A stretch of 42,570 nt of DNA from a virus (taxonomy: Duplodnaviria > Heunggongvirae > Uroviricota > Caudoviricetes), in the IMG/VR virus record IMGVR_UViG_2687453563_000006, positions 1 to 42,570 of that record. One strand, given 5' to 3'. Below, in pieces: positions 28,951-37,631 of this stretch. Position 1 is the first letter of the stretch. Every line of letters starts with the position of its first letter. The notes beneath the pieces were generated by a model that saw only the letters and a list, made by a program, of their open reading frames with translations, was not told the origin of the DNA and searched no databases. Both the position numbers and the translations under genes were made by a program.

Positions 28951-29340
28951 TCAGGCGGCTGCACCCGCCGTTTTCTTGTACTTACTGATAGTGATCTCGA
29001 CCTTCCCTTTCGGGATAACTGGTCCCCACTCCACCAGCATTCTTTTCACCTGTCTGTCGTCTTCCCACACACCCGCGTGGGTCAGGGCGTCAAACAGCGC
29101 CTTGTTATAGTTGTCCAGATCGCGGATCCGGTTATCCGGAGGAAACAACACGATCTCCACTGAAGCAGGTGCCGACGTCGGTTTCGGCAGGCGACGTAAC
29201 TGCTCAACTATTGCTGCGCACGCCGCGCTCTGGAATTTGCGCCCCGCTGCGCTTATCAGACTCTTACCAGCAAACGCCCCTTTGTTGGGGTGTCGCCAGT
29301 ACGTGTTCACGCTGGGCGGGAAAGGCAAGATCAGCTTCAT
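28951..29340 (-). CDS. rusA: RusA Holliday-junction resolvase
   Basis: 129 aa with PPSVNxYW and acidic catalytic residues DLDN. Confidence 0.8.
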   Translation of the reverse strand: MKLILPFPPSVNTYWRHPNKGAFAGKSLISAAGRKFQSAACAAIVEQLRRLPKPTSAPASVEIVLFPPDNRIRDLDNYNKALFDALTHAGVWEDDRQVKRMLVEWGPVIPKGKVEITISKYKKTAGAAA

Positions 29341-29663
29341 ACTTTCAGGCCCCTCTCATGTAACCAGTGGGCTGCACGTAGCCTGGCGTTTTCCTCACCG
29401 GCAAGCAGTGCGCGGATAATCCCGACCGCCTCGCTGTCGTCGTCCTTCACCGCGGTATGAAGCGTTATCCCCCGGGCCACGCCACGCTTTATCGTGATGA
29501 CGCCTTTTTTCTCCAGTGCGCGAAGATGCTCCACCGCTGCATTCACTGAACGGTATCCCAGCATGGTTGCCACCTCCTGATTGGTTGGCGGAAAGCCACG
29601 CTCTTGCTGGTAAGAAATCAGCATATCCAGCACCTGCTGCTGGCATTGAGTTAACGTCGTCAT
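29337..29663 (-). CDS. LexA-type DNA-binding domain protein lacking peptidase domain
   Basis: 108 aa; QQQVLDMLISYQQERGFPPTNQEVATMLGYRSVNAAVEHLRALEKKGVI parallels LexA N-terminal wHTH. Confidence 0.6.
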   Translation of the reverse strand: MTTLTQCQQQVLDMLISYQQERGFPPTNQEVATMLGYRSVNAAVEHLRALEKKGVITIKRGVARGITLHTAVKDDDSEAVGIIRALLAGEENARLRAAHWLHERGLKV

Positions 29664-30313
29664 GCCGCCATCTCCCTGACAAGTTTTTCTGCCTGCTGGC
29701 GAACCTGCGCCAGAAACGCCTCACCACATGCCTCAAGTTCATCGCGCCCGATGTAGCTGATTGCCGGTCCCTTCCAGGTCTTGTCGAAAACAGCAATAGC
29801 ACCAGCGAAGAAAGCGCCTGTCGGCACCTGCTTCTCATCCTTCGGGATAAACCAGGCAGGCAGTTCAAAACCAATACGCCCGCGAATAAAAGCAATATGG
29901 TCCGCATCTTCCGGCCACCACACTTCGCTGGTGGCAGCTTTGATCAGGAAAACATAGCGCCCGCCCTTATCACGCATGGCACTGGCATGTTTCATGATGT
30001 AACGCATGCCGGTGATGTATTGCCCCTCATGCTGACTGGCGCGGCTGTATGGGGGATTACCAAAGGCAGCACCTTTAAGCTCCGCAAGACGTTCTGACCA
30101 GTCATGCGCCAGCGCGTTGTCTTCCGCCGTGTAATACGCGGCACATTTGGCGTTATCACCGTCAGTGAACAGATCCAGAACAAACGGACCAAACAAGGTG
30201 TTAATTCCCCAGAAAATGTTGTCCGGCGTGCGCCACTGATCGCCCACTTCCTTCAGTTCATGGGCTGGTTTGTTCCGCAGTTCTACCAGCGCCTGGCAAT
30301 ATTTATTACTCAT
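29660..30313 (-). CDS. Phage DNA N6-adenine methyltransferase (Dam family)
   Basis: 217 aa; NPPY-type motif GNPPYS. Confidence 0.75.
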   Translation of the reverse strand: MSNKYCQALVELRNKPAHELKEVGDQWRTPDNIFWGINTLFGPFVLDLFTDGDNAKCAAYYTAEDNALAHDWSERLAELKGAAFGNPPYSRASQHEGQYITGMRYIMKHASAMRDKGGRYVFLIKAATSEVWWPEDADHIAFIRGRIGFELPAWFIPKDEKQVPTGAFFAGAIAVFDKTWKGPAISYIGRDELEACGEAFLAQVRQQAEKLVREMAA

Positions 30314-30407
30314 TAAGCCCCCACGTAAAAAGCATCCGCAATGTCTCCGGAAGTACAGCCCGGATGGGCTTCAATGAATTTCTGAACGTCATTTAACAGA
30401 CTCATGA

Positions 30408-31400
30408 TCACCCCCTGAATCCTGCCGGGATCTGGCTGTAGTCCACGTTGTCGTAACTGGCTTTGAAGTACGGGTCTTCACGTTTTTCTGTGTGCGTGCT
30501 GACGGACGGCGATAAGCGCAGGGAAAGCTCATCCCATTTTTCCCGCAACTTCGACGGGCTGAGCACGTTACGGCACCAGAACGGATCGCGGCTGACGCGG
30601 CTGTACATCTCGCAGATTTGTTTGTGAGTACGACCATCCTGCACACACATCAGGCGAATTTCGTTTGCCCATGCTGTCCAGTTCGGTTCTTTGGGACGAA
30701 CCACCTCGCCGTCACATTCGGCAGCCTGCTCGTACAGGGCGATGATTTTTTTCCAGAGCCACTGTGCGCAGGTCAAATCATCCTGCGTCCCCCACTGGCG
30801 CTTTTTAGGGCTGAATACAACCGCATCAGGATGGCGAGTTAAAAACTCCTGTTCAGCCGTTTGCGTGTCCGGTTGCGAAGCGTCCGGACGAGAAGAGGTT
30901 TTATTCTCTGTAGTAATCTCTGTTGTATTCTCTGTAAGATCATTGGGCCATTTTGACCCGATGACAGCGTGTCGTTTTGAACCAATGGATCGTGTCATTT
31001 TGCGCCCATCCATCAGGTCACTTTGACACGATGGAGAAGTGCATTTTGACCTGATGGATTCGTTCACTTTGACCTCTTCTAAAAGCTCACTTTCATAGTT
31101 GATCGTGTAGAAGTTGGTCATGTCACGCTTCGATTTATTGAGTTGCTCGCGACGCAAAACCCCAAGTGATTTCAGGCTTGCAAATGTGCGTTTCAGAGTG
31201 GACTCTGACCAGAACGGAAACTGCTCCAGCCACTGTTCTGTCGTGTTATAAACCCAGCGAATTCCGCCATGCTCAGTGCCTGAATTCGTTTCATTCAGCC
31301 AGTAATGAAGCTGCTGCAACACAATTGCCTCATTCAGACCAATACGGCATGCAAGATCACGATTTATCACAATGGGCTGGGATGTCATTAACAGGCTCAT
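30408..31400 (-). CDS. Replication initiation protein (O-like; contains ori iterons)
   Basis: 330 aa, N-terminal HTH-like region; internal iteron array. Confidence 0.65.
   Translation of the reverse strand: MSLLMTSQPIVINRDLACRIGLNEAIVLQQLHYWLNETNSGTEHGGIRWVYNTTEQWLEQFPFWSESTLKRTFASLKSLGVLRREQLNKSKRDMTNFYTINYESELLEEVKVNESIRSKCTSPSCQSDLMDGRKMTRSIGSKRHAVIGSKWPNDLTENTTEITTENKTSSRPDASQPDTQTAEQEFLTRHPDAVVFSPKKRQWGTQDDLTCAQWLWKKIIALYEQAAECDGEVVRPKEPNWTAWANEIRLMCVQDGRTHKQICEMYSRVSRDPFWCRNVLSPSKLREKWDELSLRLSPSVSTHTEKREDPYFKASYDNVDYSQIPAGFRG
30947..31083. repeat. Origin iterons inside replication gene (about 6 x ~20 bp, consensus tCAyTTTGACCnGATGGA)
   Basis: Direct repeats ccattttgacccgatgaca / tcgttttgaaccaatggatc / tcactttgacacgatggag / gcattttgacctgatggatt / tcactttgacc, with tctctgt triplets just upstream. 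Confidence 0.7.
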
Positions 31401-31748
31401 GACCGACCTCTATTTCCCTGAATTTACGACGAAACTGTTCGAGCGGACTGAAGCATTCATGTTCATAGCCTTCACGGAGGTAGATAACCCGTTGTGTTTC
31501 CGGCTCCCAACGAATGACTCTGACGGGCACTCCGTAGTGATCTTTGAACCAGCGGTTAACTTGTCGCAAAGGACTGTCTCCTTCTGCCGGTTGAAATCAC
31601 CCACAGCCCACTCTGCAAAGCTGTGGGTTACAATTTCCCTGTCACCTGGTACATTCACTGCATAGCAATACTCCACCTTCGCTTTTCCACCCGGTACAGG
31701 AAGCGCAATCAGTTGCGAGCGACGGTAGTGTGTTGTTAAACTGTTCAT
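31357..31748 (-). CDS. Hypothetical early protein split across two frames (possible frameshift)
   Basis: ORFs 31410..31748 and 31357..31569 overlap; protein-like sequence switches frame near 31570-31600; downstream ORF has only a TTG start. Confidence 0.4.
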
Positions 31749-32329
31749 GCGTTAGTTTCTCCACAACCAGAAGCAATCGACGCCACGACGCCCGGAGCTG
31801 CACACTCGCGGGCGTTACTCTTTTCCGGTGCACAAAAAACACGAAATAACAGTGTTAAATGCTCCTGCCACTTCGCCATTACTTGGTAGCTGTTCTCTTC
31901 GATTTGCTCACGCTCAGCCTGGTCAATAACTCCATCAGCAGTTGCCTTGCGTAAGTACTGGGAATGCTTGCCAATCCATTCTATTGACTCCATCAGCCGC
32001 TGATTAATGTCACCATTGTCAATGTCATCAATGACCACCAGCGGCACAAACACCCCATTACTACGACGGGCTATTGCATCTGTTACATGCCTGGTACCAC
32101 TGGCATCCTGTAAAACCATGGCCCACTCAAGTGGAAAAATTTGATCCCCACCGCTACGCAGTCTGTTATGCAATTGATCTTTTGCTGGGGTGATATCATC
32201 AGATTTATACAAACCAAGAATTTCTGCTGCTTCCTCATAGCCATGAGGTAAATCAGCAATCGTTCTTCGTATTGCTGCCACCAGCCATGCTGGTTGTTTA
32301 TCAACTTTCCATTCAGGTTCTTTACCCAC
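31745..32329 (-). CDS. YdaT/CII-like early regulatory protein
   Basis: 194 aa immediately downstream of YdaS-like Cro; GTG start. Confidence 0.45.
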   Translation of the reverse strand: MGKEPEWKVDKQPAWLVAAIRRTIADLPHGYEEAAEILGLYKSDDITPAKDQLHNRLRSGGDQIFPLEWAMVLQDASGTRHVTDAIARRSNGVFVPLVVIDDIDNGDINQRLMESIEWIGKHSQYLRKATADGVIDQAEREQIEENSYQVMAKWQEHLTLLFRVFCAPEKSNARECAAPGVVASIASGCGETNA

Positions 32330-32356
32330 GGTTAATTCCTCATTTCTGTGGTGTTT

Positions 32357-32554
32357 TTATGCCGCAGCACTGTTAGTCTTTTGATATAAAGACACGTCAA
32401 CTTTCAGTTTCCCGTTAGTAATTTTTTCTAACTGGTACGCTCGGCCTTCAGGAATAATCTCAGGCCACTCTGAAACAGACGGATGCTTAATACCTAGGGC
32501 TTCGGCGGTTTTACAAACTCCGCCGAAATAATTAATCACGTCGGATTTCCGCAT
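32357..32554 (-). CDS. Cro-like repressor (YdaS family)
   Basis: 65 aa HTH protein divergent from cI. Confidence 0.7.
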   Translation of the reverse strand: MRKSDVINYFGGVCKTAEALGIKHPSVSEWPEIIPEGRAYQLEKITNGKLKVDVSLYQKTNSAAA

Positions 32555-32649
32555 TTCTGTCTCCCGTTAAATTACGTTAAGCAGAAATGTAGGATATCCA
32601 ACATGCCAATGTCAAGAATCCTACATGGACATGTGGTAGGATTGCCTAC
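32555..32649. promoter_or_regulatory. OR operator / PR-PRM region
   Basis: ATGTAGGATATCCAACAT site plus TCCTAC/GTAGGA half-site repeats; TTGACA -35 for minus-strand PR. Confidence 0.7.
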
Positions 32650-33303
32650 ATGATGAACATGAGTGATCGTATTCGCCAAAGGCGAAAAGAACTGAACCTG
32701 ACACAACAAGCACTGGCTGATTTGACTGGTGTGAACCGTGTCACGGTTACTGGATGGGAAAAGGACGACTACCAACCAAATGGAGCCAACCTTCAAGCCC
32801 TAGCCAACGCACTTAAATGCGATCCTCTGTGGCTTGTTAGCGGAAAAGGCTCGCCTGAACCAAAGATAAATCTAAAACCTGAAATATTCGCAGTTAAAAA
32901 AGTCCCCCTCATCTCGTGGGTTCAGGCGGGTTCATGGACAATGACGGAGCCTGGTGTCAGGAAAGAAGATGCTGAAGAGTGGGTTTATACTACCGCCCTT
33001 GTATCAGAAATGGCATTTGCACTACGGGTCCGTGGTGATTCAATGACCAATCCCCTCGGCTCACCATCGATACCAGAAGGTTCTATCGTTATCGTAGAGC
33101 CAGATATTATTGATACAGAGTGTATTAACGGAAAAATCGTTGTTGCCCATATCAATGGTGGGCAAGAAGCGACACTCAAAAAATTTGTTGAGGACTGGCC
33201 GAACAGGTATCTCGTCCCACTAAATCCTAACTATAAAACTATTGAATGCGGTGAGAACTGCAGAATAGTTGGTCTTGTCAAACAAGTAATAATGGATTTT
33301 TGA
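32650..33303 (+). CDS. CI-like repressor (HTH plus S24 LexA-like peptidase)
   Basis: N-terminal HTH (LTQQALADLTGVNRVTVTGWE), C-terminal RVRGDSM...K motif. Confidence 0.9.
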   Translation: MMNMSDRIRQRRKELNLTQQALADLTGVNRVTVTGWEKDDYQPNGANLQALANALKCDPLWLVSGKGSPEPKINLKPEIFAVKKVPLISWVQAGSWTMTEPGVRKEDAEEWVYTTALVSEMAFALRVRGDSMTNPLGSPSIPEGSIVIVEPDIIDTECINGKIVVAHINGGQEATLKKFVEDWPNRYLVPLNPNYKTIECGENCRIVGLVKQVIMDF

Positions 33304-33323
33304 CACATCTTCCTCACTATCGC

Positions 33324-33350
33324 AAAACCGGGGTATCCCCGGTTTTTTTA
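33324..33350 (+). terminator. Intrinsic terminator after cI
   Basis: AAAACCGGGGTATCCCCGGTTTTTTT perfect hairpin plus T7. Confidence 0.8.
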
Positions 33351-33365
33351 TGAGCCTATCTTTTT

Positions 33366-33420
33366 ATGTAGGATAACCAACATAAACTCTTGACACTCAC
33401 ATGTTGGATATCCTACATTT
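33366..33420 (+). promoter_or_regulatory. OL operators / PL promoter
   Basis: Two copies of the OR site (atgtaggataaccaacat, atgttggatatcctacat) around TTGACA -35. Confidence 0.7.
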
Positions 33421-33424
33421 GTTT

Positions 33425-33444
33425 TTAGAGTTGTGGTGAATGCG
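33425..33444 (+). repeat. 20 bp direct repeat copy A (ttagagttgtggtgaatgcg), followed by hairpin
   Basis: 19/20 identical to copy B at 34080; lies at the predicted 5' end of the PL transcript. Confidence 0.6.
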
Positions 33445-33536
33445 CAGGCTGATGCGCGAAAGACATTGCAGCTATTGCGGAAAAGAGCTGTTCGGCGGGG
33501 CAATTAAACGCCCGTATCTGGAGGTTAAAGAACAAA

Positions 33537-33812
33537 ATGAAAGTCCAGATTTTAAACAATAGTGGTGAAGTCGTTTGGTCATACGACATAGCCGCTCCTG
33601 TAGATCAGAGCGGCGATAGCTGGACCAATGGGAAACATCAGATTATGGCTGGAGTTGTATTCTCTTTACGCCGTGCTTTGGAACAGGCTGAAGTATTTCC
33701 ATCAGACCCTGAATGGAAATGGCCTTTTTCTATTTGTCCAAATTCGGAGAGTACATTTCAGAAAATTGGTCAGAAAGTCGCACTCGAAGAGCATCAGCCA
33801 ACTGTTTCCTGA
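33537..33812 (+). CDS. Hypothetical early protein (first PL gene)
   Basis: 91 aa, strong ggagg SD. Confidence 0.55.
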   Translation: MKVQILNNSGEVVWSYDIAAPVDQSGDSWTNGKHQIMAGVVFSLRRALEQAEVFPSDPEWKWPFSICPNSESTFQKIGQKVALEEHQPTVS

Positions 33813-33975
33813 TTTTTTCAGGTAGCTCGTCGGCATCGCAGAAACAACAACGCTCGATCATGTTGAAAGCCGATTCGTAGAACTGTTTCTGCTGAGTGTC
33901 GCTGAGACAGGAAAAGAGCGACGTTACGATGATTTTATTAATTGCATTATCAAGTTCTTTTTCATCAAAAGTCAT
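33730..33975 (-). CDS. Hypothetical Cys-containing protein, antisense to PL operon
   Basis: 81 aa with aagga SD; 3' end overlaps the convergent 33537..33812 gene by 83 nt. Confidence 0.45.
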   Translation of the reverse strand: MTFDEKELDNAINKIIVTSLFSCLSDTQQKQFYESAFNMIERCCFCDADELPEKIRKQLADALRVRLSDQFSEMYSPNLDK

Positions 33976-34079
33976 TTGATTTTCCTTTTATGTATACGGA
34001 CTTAAAAGGATACCACCGAGCCTGAAGTGGTGAAAAGACAGGCACATAACAGCTAAGTATTTTCAACCAGAGAGAATCC

Positions 34080-34099
34080 TTAGCGTTGTGGTGAATGCG
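34080..34099 (+). repeat. 20 bp direct repeat copy B (ttagcgttgtggtgaatgcg)
   Basis: See copy A. Confidence 0.6.
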
Positions 34100-34230
34100 G
34101 CTCAGCGCACGCGGGTTAAGGTTGAGGCTGACAGTCGACCTTCTGTGGATACCCACCCGCCTGGTGTGCAACCTTCGCCAGGCACCGGGAGGCACCCGGC
34201 ACCACAACTTTATGCTGTGTGTAGTCCTGG

Positions 34231-34275
34231 CGGTACCAGCTTGTACCATTGCTTCCGGCTGGTACCGTCCTTTTT
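34231..34275 (+). terminator. Intrinsic terminator-like hairpin inside early-left operon
   Basis: cggtaccagc...gctggtaccg 10 bp stem followed by tcctttttac. Confidence 0.5.
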
Positions 34276-34363
34276 ACAAAACAGAGAAGAGCATCACCGG
34301 ACGACGGGCTCATAACCCAATCCATCCGGGCGGCAGCCACCGCAGGTGTTCTTCTCTGTTTTG
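34276..34363 (+). ncRNA. Long-range inverted repeat (14 bp arms caaaacagagaaga / tcttctctgttttg around a 54 nt GC-rich loop); candidate structured RNA
   Basis: Perfect 14 bp arms; no protein-like ORF across 33976-34422. Confidence 0.3.
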
Positions 34364-34422
34364 TGGAGAAACCAACCGACCTTGCAGGGTCGATATGATG
34401 AGGAGCAGCAAAATGGTTAGCG

Positions 34423-34775
34423 AACGCAGTACTGATGTGCAGGCATTTATCGGGGAGCTGGACGGCGGCGTATTTGAAACCAAAATCGGCGCAGTTCTCA
34501 GTGAAGTCGCTTCCGGTGTGATGAACACGAAAACCAAAGGGAAGGTCTCACTCAACCTGGAAATCGAACCATTTGATGAGAACCGTGTGAAAATCAAACA
34601 CAAACTCTCATATGTTCGCCCGACTAACCGCGGGAAAATTTCCGAAGAAGACACCACCGAAACGCCGATGTATGTCAATCGCGGTGGTCGCCTGACTATT
34701 CTGCAGGAAGACCAGGGACAGTTACTGACTCTTGCCGGTGAACCTGACGGAAAACTCCGCGCAGCAGGTCGTTAA
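34423..34775 (+). CDS. Hypothetical protein (YfdP-like by position and size)
   Basis: 117 aa from internal ATG with gaggag SD; the upstream part of track ORF 34095..34775 is structured non-coding sequence. Confidence 0.5.
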
Positions 34776-34840
34776 TATCGTTTTTAATTAACTGATTATT
34801 TATCTCATCACTGAATATCTTTATATAGTGAGGATTTATT

Positions 34841-35665
34841 ATGTCTCAGAACTTAGACGCAACCGCAATTAATCAAATCCATGCCCTTATTTCTGCTCAG
34901 GGTGTTAATGAAATTATCAGTAAGATTGGTGCCGATGCTGTGGCATTGCCTGAGAATTTCCGCATTCATGATCTGGAAAAATTTAATTTAAATCGCTTCC
35001 GTTTCCGTGGTGCGCTTTCCACTGCCAGCATCGATGACTTTACCCGTTATTCTAAAGATCTTGCAGATGAAGGCACCCGCTGCTTTATCGATGCTGATAA
35101 TATGCGTGCCGTCAGTGTGCTTAACCTGGGTACTATTGATGAACCAGGTCACGCAGATAACACCGCCACACTCAAACTGAAAAAGACAGCACCGTTCTCT
35201 GCTCTGTTGTCTGTTAACGGCGAGCGTAACTCCCAGAAGTCACTGGCAGAATGGATTGAAGACTGGGCCGACTATCTTGTGGGCTTTGATGCTAATGGTG
35301 ACGCTATTCAGGCAACAAAAGCGGCTGCGGCTGTCCGTAAAATCACGATTGAAGCAAACCAGACCGCTGATTTTGAAGATAATGACTTCAGCGGAAAACG
35401 CTCCCTGATGGAGTCTGTCGAAGCGAAGACCAAAGACATTATGCCAGTGGCATTTGAATTTAAATGCGTTCCGTTTGAAGGTCTGAAAGAACGTCCATTT
35501 AAATTACGCCTCAGCATTATCACTGGCGATCGTCCTGTACTGGTTCTGCGCATTATTCAGCTGGAAGCAGTGCAGGAAGAAATGGCTAACGAATTTCGTG
35601 ATCTGCTTGTTGAGAAATTCAAAGACAGCAAAGTAGAAACCTTTATTGGTACTTTCACCGCCTGA
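34841..35665 (+). CDS. YfdQ-like protein (DUF2303-type)
   Basis: 274 aa; recognised by size and gene order relative to the HD-domain gene. Confidence 0.5.
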   Translation: MSQNLDATAINQIHALISAQGVNEIISKIGADAVALPENFRIHDLEKFNLNRFRFRGALSTASIDDFTRYSKDLADEGTRCFIDADNMRAVSVLNLGTIDEPGHADNTATLKLKKTAPFSALLSVNGERNSQKSLAEWIEDWADYLVGFDANGDAIQATKAAAAVRKITIEANQTADFEDNDFSGKRSLMESVEAKTKDIMPVAFEFKCVPFEGLKERPFKLRLSIITGDRPVLVLRIIQLEAVQEEMANEFRDLLVEKFKDSKVETFIGTFTA

Positions 35666-35793
35666 TTTCATTACTGCAAATGCCCCTGCGGGGGCATTTA
35701 TGGAAACGTAATTAACTCAATAATCGCCGGATGGTGAGGGCTTCCTTTTACCCGAATTCAGCGCGGTGCAGCGCATATAACGTGGAGAACAAA

Positions 35794-36330
35794 ATGTCAT
35801 TTATTAAAACTTTTTCCGGGAAGCATTTTTATTATGACAGGATAAATAAAGACAACATCGATATTAACGATATCGCGGTTTCCCTTTCAAATATCTGTCG
35901 CTTTGCCGGTCATCTTTCACACTTCTACAGCGTCGCCCAACATGCGGTGCTTTGCAGCCAGCTGGTGCCGCAGGAATTTGCTTTTGAAGCGTTAATGCAT
36001 GATGCAACAGAAGCGTATTGCCAGGACATCCCCGCGCCACTGAAACGCCTTCTTCCTGACTATAAACGGATGGAAGAAAAAATAGACGCCGTAATCCGTG
36101 AGAAATACGGGTTACCCCCGGTTATGAGTACGCCCGTGAAATATGCCGATCTCATCATGCTGGCAACCGAACGCCGTGATCTCGGGCTTGATGATGGCTC
36201 TTTCTGGCCTGTACTGGAAGGCATCCCGGCAACAGAGATGTTCAACGTGATTCCACTGGCACCGGGCCATGCCTACGGGATATTTATGGAACGCTTCAAC
36301 GAGTTATCGGAATTACGCAAATGTGCATAA
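35794..36330 (+). CDS. HD-domain phosphohydrolase (YfdR-like 5'-deoxynucleotidase)
   Basis: 178 aa from internal ATG with ggaga SD; His/Asp metal-binding motifs (FAGH...HD). Confidence 0.6.
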   Translation: MSFIKTFSGKHFYYDRINKDNIDINDIAVSLSNICRFAGHLSHFYSVAQHAVLCSQLVPQEFAFEALMHDATEAYCQDIPAPLKRLLPDYKRMEEKIDAVIREKYGLPPVMSTPVKYADLIMLATERRDLGLDDGSFWPVLEGIPATEMFNVIPLAPGHAYGIFMERFNELSELRKCA

Positions 36331-37199
36331 CTCATGTAGTTAGTTTTTCTGGCGGGAGAACATCTGCATATCTTGTTCACCTGATGGAAGAACAAAGAAA
36401 GGCTGGCAATAACGTCTGCTACATCTTTATGGATACCGGTTGCGAACATCCGCTGACATACCGCTTTATTCGGGAGGTTGTGAAGTTCTGGGGCATACCG
36501 CTAACTGTGTTGCAGGTCGATATAAATCCAGAGCTTGGGCAGCCAAATGGTTATACGGAATGGGAACCAAAGGATATTCAGACACGAATGCCGGTGCTTA
36601 AACCGTTTATGGACATGGTAAAAAAATATGGCACGCCATACATCGGCGGCGCGTTCTGCACTGACAGATTAAAACTCACCCCCTTCACAAAATACTGCGA
36701 TGACCATTTCGGACGAGGGAATTACATCACATGGCTGGGTATTCGTGCAGACGAACCTCGTAGGCTGAAACCGAAATCGGGCGTCCGGTATCTTGCCGAG
36801 CTATCTGATTTTGATAAGTCGGATGTTATCCGGTGGTGGCATAAACAACCTTTTGATTTGCAAATCCCGGAGCACCTCGGGAACTGTGTTTTCTGCATCA
36901 AAAAGTCCACGCAAAAGCTGGGGCTTGCATGTAAAGACGAACCTGGTCTGATGCGAGTTTTTAATGAGCTGGTTACAGGCAAACACGTCCGGGATGGTCA
37001 CCGAAAGACAAATAAAGACGTTATGTACCGTGGTCATCTGAGCCTTGACGGGATTGCCAGAATGTATGCCGACAGCGACTACAGAAATTTGTATCAGGCG
37101 ATGGTGCAAGCCAGGCGATTCGATACCGGCTCGTGTTCAGAGTCATGTGAAATCTGGGGTGATCAATTGGAATTGAAATTCGAAGAGGTGGTGGCATGA
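36321..37199 (+). CDS. PAPS-reductase-like PP-loop protein
   Basis: SFSGGRTS PP-loop and FMDTGCEHPLTYRFI resembling CysH; start overlaps the upstream stop. Confidence 0.65.
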   Translation: MCITHVVSFSGGRTSAYLVHLMEEQRKAGNNVCYIFMDTGCEHPLTYRFIREVVKFWGIPLTVLQVDINPELGQPNGYTEWEPKDIQTRMPVLKPFMDMVKKYGTPYIGGAFCTDRLKLTPFTKYCDDHFGRGNYITWLGIRADEPRRLKPKSGVRYLAELSDFDKSDVIRWWHKQPFDLQIPEHLGNCVFCIKKSTQKLGLACKDEPGLMRVFNELVTGKHVRDGHRKTNKDVMYRGHLSLDGIARMYADSDYRNLYQAMVQARRFDTGSCSESCEIWGDQLELKFEEVVA

Positions 37200-37399
37200 C
37201 AATCGTAAAAACCCATACCGGCATTGTGATCACCAAAGACGGCCCGCAGGTAAAAAAACTTCACCAGACAGAGCGGATGTGGGTCGTCGGCAAAAACGAG
37301 TTTTACCACAAAGAAACCGGACGCCGCCACTTTGCAGAAAATACGCGCCGCCGACTACTGATCGACACCATCAAGCCTATCGAGGTGAAGCATGTTTAA
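37196..37399 (+). CDS. Hypothetical protein
   Basis: 67 aa, translationally coupled. Confidence 0.4.
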   Translation: MTIVKTHTGIVITKDGPQVKKLHQTERMWVVGKNEFYHKETGRRHFAENTRRRLLIDTIKPIEVKHV

Positions 37400-37631
37400 A
37401 CAGAACGAAAAATCTATCGCTCAAATTGCTGAGTATATCCCGCGTGCGTGCCGGGGTATGCAGTTGCAGGAAGCCAAAGCACGCCTGGAGAAAAAAATTG
37501 CGCTCTATATCGATGACGGCTGTGATGCTGCCGTTCTTAACGCGGCGTTCGCGCCAGCTCTTAACAGTCATACGCGAGAGTCTTTTTTTTCGTGCATCGC
37601 TGCGCAGATCCGTAAAGGAGGCAACCAGTGA
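37392..37631 (+). CDS. Hypothetical protein
   Basis: 79 aa, translationally coupled. Confidence 0.4.
   Translation: MFKQNEKSIAQIAEYIPRACRGMQLQEAKARLEKKIALYIDDGCDAAVLNAAFAPALNSHTRESFFSCIAAQIRKGGNQ

Noticed and set aside
29337-29663. Host lexA gene
   Set aside because: Only the DNA-binding domain is present (108 aa), embedded in the phage nin-like region between rusA and a phage Dam methylase gene.
34095-34422. N-terminal 110 codons of track ORF 34095..34775 and overlapping ORFs 33965..34249, 34088..34315, 34116..34340
   Set aside because: Arg/Pro/Gly-rich translations from GC-rich hairpin-dense sequence; a good SD and ATG occur only at 34423. Interpreted as structured non-coding sequence.
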